A stretch of DNA of 61,535 bases, counting the filler, from Sphacelaria rigidula (lineage: Eukaryota): the NCBI GenBank assembly GCA_964200075.2. It is 11 parts of 11 records of this genome, joined end to end, with 100 filler letters (N's around TTAATTAATTAA, not from the genome) between each part and the next. Parts side by side here need not be neighbours in the genome. Positions count along the whole stretch, not along the records: positions 1 to 5,504 come from CAXNAA020026790.1; positions 5,605 to 11,108 come from CAXNAA020026791.1; positions 11,209 to 16,712 come from CAXNAA020026792.1; 8 more parts are not named here. The stretch is one strand, 5' to 3'. The position numbers and the translations under genes were made by a program. Every line of letters starts with the position of its first letter. The stretch's first letter is position 1. Positions 1-12,055 of the stretch are shown here, in pieces. The notes beneath the pieces are model-generated. The model was not told the origin of the DNA, searched no databases, and worked only from the letters and a program-made list of their open reading frames with translations.

Positions 1-356
1 CCAATACCTTGCCAATACTAAAATCACTATGAAACTCCCGATCGATGCATTTAGCGGATGGCGACGAATTTTGGTGTGGAGAACCACAAAAGAGTGCCGA
101 ATAAAAAAAGATAGGCCTTCATTTTTTTTTTTTATAGAGGTTGGGGCGTTTTTGTGAAAAAAATGGTCTTCACCATAGTAGAGCGCCCTAAACCAGTGAA
201 AAAAATTGAAAAAAATTAACCTGACCCATTCTTTTTTGTTGAATATGCCTCAGAGAGCGCCCATCCATACCAAATTTCAATACAAGAAAACCAAACGTGG
301 GCCGGTGAGTGGCCTGCAACATACTGTTCCGAATTTCTACCGACCCGGTTTTTGGT

Positions 357-609
357 AGGCCCATGCTCTTTTATACATTTAGAGTTGGACCCTGAATTTT
401 GGTATGGGCAGTGCATAGGGCATAAAAAAAATTACTAAAGTACCAAACGTTTTTTTTTTCATGAGTTAAGGGCAAAGATCGCTAAAATGCCCCTAACTCA
501 TGAAAAACCAAAACACTTTTGATACTTCAGTAATTATTTTTTGTGCCCTATGCACTGTCCATACCAAATTTCAGGGTCCAACTCTAAATGTATAAAAAAG
601 CATGGGCCT
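357..609. repeat. Long imperfect inverted repeat (fold-back), arms about 120 bp
   Basis: 357-474 (aggcccatgct...tttagagttggaccctgaa...catgagttaagggca) is the reverse complement of 488-609 (tgcccctaactcatg...ttcagggtccaactctaaa...gcatgggcct), with a 13-nt loop. Confidence 0.85.
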
Positions 610-617
610 GCAAACTT

Positions 618-648
618 CATATCCGCCTCTAGGCTGGCCCAGCTCGTA
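618..648 (-). mobile_element. Right terminus of a TA-flanked DNA transposon (CGAGCTGGGCCAG TIR family)
   Basis: catatccgcctctaggctggcccagctcg|ta is the near reverse complement of ta|cgagctgggccaggctagaagcgggtctg at 4112-4142. The same terminus bounds the MITE at 36102-36696. Confidence 0.7.
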
Positions 649-1050
649 TAATACTACTCCTCTCCATCTATTGGGCGTGTACTCATTTCCCATATTCAGT
701 TGTACAGCATAACCATCACGGTAATCATTCCTTCCCCCCCATGCCTCAGAAATCCATTCATTATTCCGTCTGCCCCTGCTGCCTTTCTGTTCTTGAGTTT
801 AGCTACGCACTCCTTTACTTCATCTCTGGCAAATTATCTCTGCAATTCTTTCGAGCCACTATCCTCCCGTTTTGACGTCTCTACACTTGCTTCTGCCCCC
901 TCATTGGTTTTTTTTTCTAATTCCTTGTCTAACTTCGCGTTAGTTTTTGGTGTTCCTAGTTGACGGTAGTGCTCGGCTAGCACTGCTCTCTTTCCCTTCG
1001 AACTGCTAACCAGTTTACCGTTCTGTGCCCGTAGTGTGGCTATCCCTACC
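649..1050 (-). mobile_element. Degenerate LINE ORF2 fragment (region just upstream of and entering the RT domain)
   Basis: Minus-strand translation KRAVLAEHYRQLGTP...ELQR*FARDEVKECVAKLKNRKAAGADGIMNGFLRHGGEGMITVMVMLYN*IW matches the K[AS]xGxDG...L..L[FY]N..W pattern of non-LTR retrotransposons. It contains in-frame stops. Confidence 0.85.
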
Positions 1051-2439
1051 ACCAGAGGGGGGTGAACACCAACGCGGCGACAAAGTCCGCCTTCCCTCCT
1101 ACGCAATACATGTCGATCGATATCGCAATTGGTCGAACTCGCTGTTTGCTTTATTATTTTGCCCTGACGAAATGGGGATCAAAAAGTGTTCGGTGTCACA
1201 GCGCGAATCTGAAATGTTTCTCATCATCTACGATAATACAAGGCACTTGAAGAGGGCTACAATATGAAAAGGTGCTGGTCGGAGCAGCGCGTTGACGTCA
1301 ACACTGAAGAAAACTAGGATATCACCCCCGATCTGGAGAAAACAGACACTCTGATCTTCACCGACGCCTTATTGTCGCTGGCCGAGACGTTCAAGGGGGG
1401 TATTGATTACAAGGATCGTCGACTCGGAAAACACCATTGAAAGACGACTGTGCTCACGGGAGGTGGGTTCAAGCAAGCCTCTATCACGAGGGTACCGGAT
1501 ATACCCATCCCCCGAAGATACAAAACGTTGGGTGATAACGCCATTTTCGACAAGTCACACACAAGACAACTCATGAGCTAGCTCATCCGCGTCTGTAGCT
1601 CACTTGTGATCAAACATGTGCAGATGAGCAGCTACGCCCGTACACGTACCCACCTTTCACCTAAACATACATGCACAGCTGATCTCACGTGCATCGCTCA
1701 CCCCTCGCAAACATGTTCGCATAAGCTACGTCCGATAGCTCACCCTGGGCAAAAATATCCGTATCTCACTCATGCAATGCGTCTAACTCACTGCTGGCGG
1801 AACACGTGTCGCTCACAGTATGACATGCGCATGCGAATGGGTGGCATGGCATATCATGAGGTTCGGGTGCTCTGCCTCGCTCTTCGGTGTGAGGTAGAAA
1901 AGATCAACAACGATCCCCGATCGATCACTTGGTCGAATGCTTCAAAACGATGTCCGTTGCGTTGGGTAATTGACCAGTTGATTTCGTTAAAGCAATCAAA
2001 TATTATGTGTGTTATGTTGATAATTTCACTGCAGTTATGACTTTTCTTGGCAAAGTATCAAACAACATGGGGCTTGCCATTCTCTTTCGGTCGCTTGTTG
2101 TGAGGAATCCAGATCCGTGGCACCATTTCTGATTGAACCTCCACTACAGCAGATGCATCTGGCGGTCGCCACGCACAGCGGTTGTGTGGTTGTTATGTGG
2201 GTGTGGTCGCTACAGCGCAAACAGCTGCGAATGTTACAGAACAAACACCGACGCCGAAGACAGAAAACGCATACGTGACACCACGAGATGCTACGAACAA
2301 CGAAACGTCCCTCCGGTCCTCATGTAACAATGTGCATGAGCATTGGAACAGCAACAGCTCCTCTTGCGTGGCGCTCATGCTTGGCGGATCATGCTTAGCT
2401 CTCGCACGTCTGTAGCCCACCAAGGGCAAACAGTATGTG

Positions 2440-4113
2440 CGAAGAAGCTACGTGCGGTATAACTGACCCAAGACATACAACATGCGCGAATGATCTACGT
2501 CATCCTGTAACTCACACAGCACGAGCACGGACGGAGGAGCTACGTCCGGTGGCTCACCCAGGGCAAACAGCATGCGCCGATAAACTACGTCCGGCAGCTA
2601 GCCCACGATGAACGGCATGCACGGATGGGCTGTGTCCAGTAACCCACCCAGGGCAAACATACATGATGAGCTACATCCAGTAGCTCACCCAGGGCAAATA
2701 GCACGCGCAAATGAGTTGCGCTCGGTAGCTCCCCGAGGGCAAATAACATGCGTGGATGAGCTACGTCTGGTAGCTCACTATAGGCAAACAACCTGTCCGG
2801 ACAAGCAACGCCCGATAGCTCACCCAGCACAAAGATGAATCAATGTGCTACATCCAGTGGCTTGCTAAGGGCACAGGCCATGCGCGAATGAACCACGCCC
2901 AGTAGCTCATCTGGGACAAACATGCGTAGAGGAGCTCCGCCTGATAGTTCACCCAGGGCAAAGATACATGGATGAGCGTCGTCCGGTAGCTCACTGCGGA
3001 CAACGGTCATGTGCGGATGGACTACCTCCCGTAGCTCACCCAAGGCAAACATGCGCGGAGGAGCTCCGCCCGGAGGCTCACCCATGGCAAACATACATGA
3101 TGAGCTACGCTCTTCAGCTCACTAAGGACCACGGTCATGCGCGGATGAGCTACTTTCCGGTAGCCCACCCAAGGCAAACAACATGCGCGGGTAAGCTACG
3201 TCCGGTGGCTCATCCAGGGTAGACGATATGCGTGGATGAGCTACGTTCTGTAGCTCACCCAGGGCAAACTAAACATCCACGCATGAGCCACATCTGGTAG
3301 CTCATCCGAGGCAAACAACATGCGCGGACGAGCTACGTCCGATAGCTTACCCAGCATAGACGTAAACGAACGAGCTACCCTCCATGACCTCAGCCAGGAC
3401 ACACAATGCGATCGAATGAGCTACGCCCGGTATCTCAACCAATACGAACATGCATAGACGAGCCACGCCTGGTGGCTCACTCGAGGTGAGCATGCGCGGA
3501 TGAGCTGCATCCGGTAGCACCCAGGGACAACGGTATGTACGGATGAGATACGTCTTGTAGCTCACCTAAGGCAAACAACACGCGCGGAGAACCTACATCC
3601 TGTAACTTATCCAGGGTACAAAACTTCCACGGATGAGCTGCACCCTATAGCGCCCCCACGCCAAAAATGCACGGATGAGCTACGTCCAGTAGCTTGCTCA
3701 GCACAAACACGCATGAATGCGCCACGTCCGGTAGCTCACTCAGGGCATACAGCATGCGCGGATGAGCTACGTCCGGTAGATCGTCCAGCACAAGCATGAA
3801 CGGATGACAACATCCGGTAGCTCACCCAGGGGAAACATACATGCAGCAGCTGCATCCGGAAGCTCACCCAGGGCAAACATGCATAAGTGAGCTACATCCG
3901 GTGGCTTAGTCGGAGTAAACAATATACGCGGATGACCTACATCCGATAGCTCATGCAGGGCAAACAACATGGGCGGATGAGCTAAGTCCGGTAGCTCATT
4001 CAGCACAGGCATGCACGGGTAAGCTACGCATGGTAGCTCATCCACCACAAACAACGTACGCGGATGCGCTACGTCCGGGAGCTTGACCAGGGCAAGCATA
4101 CGCGGATGAGCTA
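2440..4113. repeat. Tandem satellite of about 39 degenerate 42/45-bp units with a palindromic core
   Basis: Consensus GGATGAGCTACGTCCGGTAGCTCACCCAGGGCAAAC(AAC)ATGCGC. By hand count 27 of 36 unit spacings between 2537 and 4108 are exactly 42 or 45 bp. More decayed copies lie near 1575-1760. Confidence 0.95.
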
Positions 4114-4142
4114 CGAGCTGGGCCAGGCTAGAAGCGGGTCTG
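4114..4142 (+). mobile_element. Left terminus of a TA-flanked DNA transposon inserted into the satellite
   Basis: The satellite unit is cut at gagcTA and continues into cgagctgggccaggctagaagcgggtctg. No matching right end was found in this contig. Confidence 0.7.
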
Positions 4143-5504
4143 CGTTATGGGTCTTTGGGGCACGTTGATGTAAAAACACGAGGGACCTCAAGAGTATTAC
4201 CGAAATCATGAGATGTCGAGATGAGGTAGCGTTAATAACCGTTCGCGGCTCTCCCATTTAGATCAGTCTTCTTTGCATGTGTTGCGCAGCAAGCACGTGA
4301 TCAAGTACTCCATGCAGTCTCCAAACCCCTTTTTACTTAAGTACATTAATATCGACACTGTTTTTGTCAGAGATCTCGTGAATTTTCAGAGTTTTCGGAC
4401 TCTGCGTTTACACTTCTCCGAGAATGAAGCGGCTTCATTTCTTCTCCGAAGCTTCATGTTTGGAAAAGTCCGGAAGTTCGAACTGCAATGCACCATTCGA
4501 ATAGCTGCCCTGTGAATACGCCGTGGCGCTTGCAAGAATTCGAGAAAATTCAGATACTCTTCCCAGCCCCGATAATTTCGGAGGTCTACGAAAGACCGTT
4601 GTCGATAATCATGGGCCTTACTATGGGTTCACCTGTGTGGTACTGAGCAATCCCGTCCGACTTCAGAGTCTGCAACACGCTGACGAGTTTGTCGGTAATC
4701 TAAGTGACGTCAATGTTTATCGTGGCGGATGGCGAATTACAAAAGAAAGTTGAGGGGACGAGGTCTCACCGGACGAGAACCCTCATTCAGGTCTCTCGAC
4801 GATGGCACCACAGTAGGTGATTACGGAGGTCATCTGGCAATTTGTGGGATCGATCGATGGTAGGATCACTGCTAGAAGGCAATCGTCAGTAGAGAGAGGA
4901 TTACGTCGTCCGGCTTAGGGCGCAGTTGGAGCAGACTGCACGATAGGTTGCGGAACTACAAATACAAAACGTTCTGGGTCAGACTTTGGAGAAGATGACT
5001 CGGCCGTAGCATGAATGGATCTGGATTATGGTGGGATAGGAGGCTCAGACGTATGCAGGGTCTCGGAGGGTCTCGGATCTACGTCACCAGAAGCGGAGGC
5101 GATATCACGCGAGAAAGTGCGGAAGGTACTTACACCCCTCGTACTGTCAATCTTACAGTAGGACGAGAGATAGACCGCAACATGGCAGATGCGCATATGA
5201 TGATAATTTAATGACATCCATGCCTCCCGGAGGGACTTCGTTGGGTATGGTACACCAGCTGTGATGGTATATGACTGAGGCATTGAATTAAAACTAGTTT
5301 CCTTGTGGATATGCTGATGGTCCCCAGAAACGACCAGCGGGTATGGTAGGAATCTAGTCGAAGGTGTGTTTGTAAGGCAGGATTCGATTCCCTGTTTAAT
5401 TGCCGGCTTTGGTTGAAGGCGAAAGGATTGTACCCGAATGGCTGCGTGTACCTGCCGTTACTACAGCTTTTGATTGGCATGGAGTACAGTGCGTCACGGA
5501 AAGT

Positions 5505-5604
5505 NNNNNNNNNNNNNNNNNNNNNNNNNNNNNNNNNNNNNNNNNNNNTTAATTAATTAANNNNNNNNNNNNNNNNNNNNNNNNNNNNNNNNNNNNNNNN
5601 NNNN
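5505..5604. other. Artificial contig linker N44-TTAATTAATTAA-N44 (first of ten)
   Basis: Identical 100-bp linkers lie at 5505, 11109, 16713, 22316, 27919, 33522, 39125, 44728, 50331 and 55934. TTAATTAATTAA gives stops in all six frames. Confidence 0.99.
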
Positions 5605-6664
5605 TCGGTCCGCGTCGGCTGAGTGGGGCGGGTGGTAGCGGGGCCTGGGGTGGGGGGGGCGGGGGGGGGGGGGGGTGCTCCTAAGGCGAGAGAGACGCGC
5701 TCGCGCCTGGTACAGTTCACCGTGGCAATAGCAATCTGTGTATTCGTTTGCTCAGCAGTCGTGGTGCAGCTTCCATGTCAGAATGCGCTACACGCAGTTT
5801 CCATATATATACAGGGCCCAACGTTTGGTGCTATATGACAAAATAACAGCATGGTTGTCACCGTCCAAAGCAACGCTGAAAAATGACCCGTTGTCTGCAT
5901 TGTGTCGCGCGACAAATGGAAACACGAACTGCGCAGCACGTGATGGCGACTGCCTCAACCGACGAAGACTCTAGTCTTCACCAAAAAACTATCCTCCACA
6001 CAGACATTATACACCCGCTCCCTCCTCCCACCCACTACTGCTACCCCTGCACCCTCAGGCCACCCCCTCCAGGTGCCCCAATATGTCCCAACGCACGCGT
6101 GTGAAAGCTAACGCGGATAATAAAACACGCCTTCCTTACTATTTATCTTTGACCGTAAAGACACGTTGGCCCGAACAAAAACTGATACAGCCCCCAGCAA
6201 AAGAAAAATAACCTACACCGCGTTGTGAGGTAGTTTCTAGAAGGTTCGGCGCTTCCTCAAGAAGAACGAAAAATCCCACACTTTCCCCTCCAAAAAGGAA
6301 ACATGCACGCACGCGCAGATATTTCTCGCTTCATCTCCACTGGGGACTGCGGGGCAGAAAGGTTGTGAATTGCGCTTAAATAAGACGTCTAGCACGAGTG
6401 CCATAATGTGGTTGCGAGAGTCTCCTTCCACCTCTCACCGCTTGGTGGCCGCAGCCGCGATGAAATTCTTGTGTTCCCTGTTAACACTAGCCGAGTATGG
6501 CCAGTAGTCGACGAATATCAAGTTTAAGACTATACCTAGTCTCATTTCTGGTATGTGCACACATATGCATGTACGCTTTGCCTTTTCCTTTTTTACGTGC
6601 GAACTACTAAGAGTTTCTTCCTACAGGCTGGTTCAGATTGAACGCACAAAATTTTGACCCCGGG

Positions 6665-6947
6665 AATTCCTCACGCCATTTTTTCGAGTTAGACCACGGA
6701 ATTTTACACACATATTCTGGAGGGCAGTATCTAAAACTCGAAGAGGGTTTATTTTATTTTATTTTGTGTCGAGATAGCCGGGATCTGACCTCCCCCCCGG
6801 TCAAGTACTCCAGCCGGGACCCCGAATAACCGGCCACCAAGACAAAAAAAATGGGGAAAAAAACCCTCTTCGAGTTTCAGATACTGGCGTCCAGAACATG
6901 TGTGCAAAATTTCATGGTCTAAGTCGAAGAAACGGCGTGAGGAAATT
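6665..6947. repeat. Fold-back inverted repeat (MITE-like)
   Basis: Arms of about 105 bp. The opposite-strand ORFs 6638+ and 6749- give near-identical peptides (ILHTYSGGQYLKLEEG / ILHTCSGRQYLKLEEG). Confidence 0.85.
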
Positions 6948-8429
6948 GCAAAACGTAGGCTGAAGTATAAAAAGGTCTTCAATTACTTGATTAAAGTACA
7001 GAATCGTCCTTTTTGGGGGTTGTTTCCTCGGTAGAAGACCAAGCCGATTCAGTTTTTCGAGTTGAGCAACAAAATTTGGTACACATGTTTCTTGGGATAC
7101 CACCTAATACTAAGATTTCAACATTTTGGTGTGGGGGCATCCTGTACCGGTTTCCTGGGGTCTCTATGCTGGGACCCCCGGAAGCCGGTAGAGAATGGAG
7201 AAACTTTGAAATCTTGCCAAGAACATAATTTTTCAGTTCGGAGCATCAATACCTGTGGAACTTCCAAGTTTGAGGATGATCTGAGCTTTTCTCCAACAGA
7301 TAAGAGGGAAATCGTCACGAGGCTCCGTGGGTCTTTTGTACGTAGTATCATGAGTGGAAATTAGACGACGCCAAAGCTCCATACCACCGAAACATCACGG
7401 TTTTGGGCAAAATTCGACCCTGTTGGAACCGTTTTCAACTCTGTTCCTCCCGTGAGATTCCCAAGCTGATGGCGGTTACTACGATTTGAACCATGTGGAG
7501 ATTCGGTGGAAATTGGACTTGGAATTCGTGTTTTCAAATTCGGAACAATTTGAAAGGCGCTGATTGGTCGAGACATATTTTTGTCCGTAGCGCCACCGCT
7601 ATAGCCTTGAACAACAATCCGGCCATGTCACCCTTTTCGTCTGTTGTTCATTGCGGTCAGTATGATACCACATTTGTGCATATTGGCTGGGTATTGTGTT
7701 CGTCATCAGCCGGGGTCAAAATTTTGTGCGTTCAATCTGAACCAGCCTGTAGAGCGCTTGCTCGCCGATATATATACATGCGGTGATCTTGGATCGCGTG
7801 TCGGACTGGAATATTGGAAGATGACTTTTTGGCTTGCACAAACAGTAGTATCTGTCTAGGCTCCTACGGGAGAGGTGTCCATCGCTGGTTTGTGCGCTGG
7901 ACTGAGTGGTATTGGGCTGGACTTCATTCAGGACATAGATCCAGAGAAAAAAATCATTTTTTTCTCAGTAAAACTGCGTTATATTGGTGCTCACCTTTTC
8001 TCTCTCCCTTAGCATCTTGTTTTTAAGATAGTGTTGAACAACGTGACACTATATCGGGAGCAACGCTGCACCAACAAAATGGAGTATGACAGCAGGGTTT
8101 GCGTGGTAGCAACTAAAAACAAGCTTTCGCGACCAGAGTAACGAGAGTAGCGAGAGCACAGCCGGCCCACGCTCTCCCCGCGCGAGCGAGAAGCCTCCCC
8201 CTTCTCAGCGATCTGGATTAACTTACGCAATTTTTTTTTCTGGGGAGCGCACGGGAAGAACCACTTGAGTAAGTACCCTCGGTGAACGATCCAAGCACAT
8301 TTGTTGTACTGCAACTGCACATACTGCTGCACCAGACAGCAAGAGTCGCTGCTTGCTGCCAGTTGCTGAAACCGATTTACTCCCTGCGCCGCTCTCCAAT
8401 TCGGTAGCAGCGGCAACAGGAGAGGCACT

Positions 8430-9890
8430 ATGCCTCTCTCCGCAGCGACACCAGCGGTGCTGCTGTGCAGCACTGCCTTAGCAATGACCTTCGCAGTAGC
8501 CTTAGGCGATAGCCACTACAAACAGCAGCAGCAGCCGCCGTCCCACACGTGGCATCTGCCTCCCGATACTGTCGACAGCGGCGACAGGCATCGAAGCCTG
8601 CGGAGCGCGAGGCACACCAACCACCACCACAACGACAACCCCCATGCCACACTCCCTTGGGGATATGATGCCCGTGTTCCACCTGCATGGGGCTACGGAT
8701 CACTCCGCAGGGGAAGCGCTGCGGCTACCAGCGCCGCCAATCCACTTGTTCTGGGACGGAAAACGGCGTGGACATCTCGGAGCGGCGGTGGCCGCCGTCG
8801 CAGCACTGGCAGGCAGGATACCAGAGAGGGCTCTGCCGCGGGGCTTGGAGGCGTTGACGTTTGTAGCGGCGGAGGGGATGGTGCTGATGATGGTGCTGGT
8901 GCTGATAGGAGCTGGTGTAAGCTCCGCGGCGGGGGTGTGGGCGGAGGCATGTGGGGTGTGGTGAGCAAAGGGGCGGGGGCGGCGTGGCGGACGGTCCGCG
9001 GTAGACGGGAAGGCCGCACCGGCGGCGACAACGGCGACAGCGGTGGCGACGGCGGTGACGGGGGGGGAGGTCGGGATAGGAAGAAGATGAGACAAGTATC
9101 GAAGAGTAGTGGGGGAGAACTGCTTGGTGGTGATGCTGTGGGTGAAGAGAACAGCAGCGATGCGCTATCGCGGAATGCGACGACGCTTGATGACAGCTCG
9201 GACAGCAGTAGTGGCAGCAGTGACGGGCACCTTGTCGCAGCGCAAGACGGTTCGGAGGTCGGAGCAGGAGGACACGAGTCAGAAGGGGGGAAGGGGGGAT
9301 TTCCAAGTGACACTGCTGCCTCTGCAACAGGCCGCGCCGAACCGAGTGGCAAAAGCCAAAATAAAAATAAGGAGGGAACCAGATCCTCCACCGTGAGCGA
9401 CAACAAGAGTCGCAGTCGCACCAAAGGCTCGAGCCAGTCAGGGAAGTCGTCCGCGTCCAATGATAAACACCGCGGCCATCCGAGCCCTTCCCAACCCACC
9501 AATATCAAAAGCAGCAAACGCTCCCGCAGGAGCAAAACCGCCGATAACCCGCCGCGCGATGTCTACGGCGCCGCCGCCGGTGCCAACATGTCCCCCAGAC
9601 CTTTTCCAAGCGGCCATCAAAGAGGTTGGGCAACGCCAGAAGAGCGGAAACGCAGAGAGCTCGAGATCCGAGACAGTCTGGAGAAAGCAGAGCTAGAGTT
9701 AGGGTCGGCCCATCCTCGGGTAGGGGCGCACATGTTTTTGCTTTCGAGGTTGGTTCAGGAACGGGGAGACTACGCCGAGGCGGAGAGGTTGTGCGGCAGG
9801 GCTCTGGAGATTTACGAGATGAGCTTGGGCCCCGAGCATCCCGATGTGGGCGTGGCTCTGAACTGTCTGGCGCTGTCGTGGCAGGCTCAG
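8430..9890 (+). CDS. First exon (487 codons) of a protein with a predicted signal peptide, a long G/S/D/K low-complexity region and kinesin-light-chain-type TPR repeats; 3' partial
   Basis: ATG at 8430; hydrophobic N-terminus (VLLCSTALAMTFAVALG); TPR motif GDYAEAERLCGRALEIYEMSLGPEHPDVGVALNCLA; phase-0 donor CAG|GTATGT at 9890/9891, just before the conserved G of the next repeat. Confidence 0.88.
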
Positions 9891-10147
9891 GTATGTGAGC
9901 ATGGTGGAATGCACTTTAATCGCCCCCGACACTTTTGCTGCCCATTCTTGCTTCGAAAGTTAGGCAAGAACGGTATATCATGAAGTTTTGGAGGATGACT
10001 TAATGTAGGCGTACCTATACGCCACATGAACGTGGGCAAATGGCATGAATGACGCGTGACTAGATTGCTAGCGAACAGGTAGGTGTGGAAGAGTTTCCTA
10101 TGTTCGAGGCAGCAGGATACACATTTGATCGATCATATGCCGGCCAC

Positions 10148-10460
10148 TGCGGCCCGGTGATCTAATGGTACAGCTGAGACCCTTAGCTCGGAAGAATGCG
10201 GGTTCGATGCCCGACAGATGCGTTCGGGTTTTTTTTATGAAGGTTTTCGATATCCGTATTTTATGCGTGAAGAGGTGAGCAGCAATGAAGATGTCATTTG
10301 TCGGGATCCGACGCGGTGCAGGGGCGCTGAACCAACCCGCGATACCGAAATGTAACAAACAAGGCGTGTACCGGGGAGGGAGGCATGGGTTGATCCCTTG
10401 TGACCAAGGATTTGTCTCGAGGAAGGTTGAGGGGTTGAACCAGTGCCAAGAAAGGGGGAA
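10148..10460 (+). mobile_element. tRNA-derived SINE, family A (intronic)
   Basis: A-box-like tgatctaatgg (10158) and B-box ggttcgatgcc (10201). The body (gtgtaccgggga...gatccctt.gacca.gga...gaggaagg.gagggg) recurs at 28280-28350, 32915-32975(-), 39660-39932(-), 55432-55733(-) and 57440-57570. Confidence 0.7.
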
Positions 10461-12055
10461 ATATGTTGTTTGTTGACATAACCGTACATGCCATGACCGC
10501 GTGTTCTGCTGACGCCATCAGTGGTAAAACTTTGCCGCGCTGAGACGGCAGTATACTGCTGGTCATTGCTTACACAAGGATAACCGTATCGCGCAGGTTA
10601 TCCGTGGCAACGCTAGCTACATGAGCGTTGTCCCTCCGTCAATAATGTCTATTGCGACCCCCCGTCCCCCCCCTCCCTCCCCCCTAGAGGAGTATCCATT
10701 CATCGTTCAACTATGAGTCCGGGCGTCCAACAGGTTAACAAGATAGCCAAGGGGAAAGAGAATACTAGCCATATGGTCACTGGGGTAAAGAGCACAACAC
10801 AAACCCGACAGCTGTCGACGGAGCGTTTGCTGTAATTTTGTTGGGGTAAATGCTCCTGGATGAACGCGAAGTCCCTTGACGTGGCATATTTCAAACAACC
10901 CGATTTGTTGTTTTTCTCCACACGAAAGTTCTGAAGTAATACTTCCTCTGTACCATAAGTGAAGGTACCTCAATTTATACGGGCCCTTAACGATGCCCGA
11001 TCGTTTTTTTTTTCTCTATGAACTCCACGGTGTTTTTGTGTTGTCGTGTGTTGTCGTCCCATTTATTCTCGGCACCAGGCTACACCTTTCGGTGTATGTG
11101 GGTGCATCNNNNNNNNNNNNNNNNNNNNNNNNNNNNNNNNNNNNNNNNNNNNTTAATTAATTAANNNNNNNNNNNNNNNNNNNNNNNNNNNNNNNNNNNN
11201 NNNNNNNNGTGTGGCGCGCACGGGACGGTGGGTGGGGGGGGGTGGGGTGGTGGGGGGGGGGGGGGGGTGGGGGTGGGGTGGGGGGGGGGGGGGGGGGGGG
11301 GGGGGGGCTATCGTAGAAAGTGTCACCATGCTAAATGGATAATGAGTATCATAAACAAAATAGAGTCAGCAGTCGCTTCTCTGTGAAGACGGCCCATAGG
11401 GCAGGGGTACAAGGAGAAATGACGTGTACGATGGATTACAACGGAGACAGATTGAAACAGAGTTGGGAAGATGTGGAGACTACCCACAGAAAAGGGGTAC
11501 TGGTAAATGATCACAAGGTGCGTCTTGAAGGAAAATCATTTTTTCCCAGATTCCCTTGAATGCACCTTGGGAATCAATGCAGTCCACTGATCGTACTCCT
11601 TTTGTTCTCTGACAAGCTGGACGGCAGAACTCTCCCCCGCCCCCATCAGCCGTAACCCCCGTTCTGGGTACGACACGGTATCCTGTATATGTCAATAATG
11701 TTTGCGAAGTTGGTGTATGGCTGAATATAATGTACGTGTAGAGGCTTTTGACGTTAGGCGCACTTCAGTGGGACAATGTATGATAAAGTGAATCGTGCGA
11801 ACGACTATGGCGACGAAACCGTGAGTGTGTGCGGTACATCCCACGGAGCAACAATAACAACCGCTTGTACACGCTCATAACATGTAGACAACAATGCGCC
11901 CCCCCCCACACATGCCAAGTCTGGTGGTCAATGCAGCATAAACATACTGCATACTATCTCTCTCACACAAGAGGAGATCGCTTTCTCTTTTGCGTGCTTA
12001 ATTGTCGTTGTCAAAATGCGATTTGAAATAATGATGGGACAAACAAACAAATCAG

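Noticed and set aside
2440..4113. CRISPR array
   Set aside because: The inter-dyad segments are homologous to each other rather than unique spacers, the repeats are degenerate, there are no cas genes, and the context is eukaryotic.
5549..5560. TTAATTAATTAA recurring every 5.6 kb as a biological periodic signal
   Set aside because: It is always centred in N44 padding and is an artificial six-frame-stop linker.
8693..9535. Antisense ORFs of 280 aa and 200 aa
   Set aside because: They are shadows of the GC-rich, low-complexity sense exon 8430-9890.
9891..9983. C-terminal tail of the 517-aa ORF
   Set aside because: It is read-through into an intron after the CAG|GTATGT donor, and the TPR pattern stops there.
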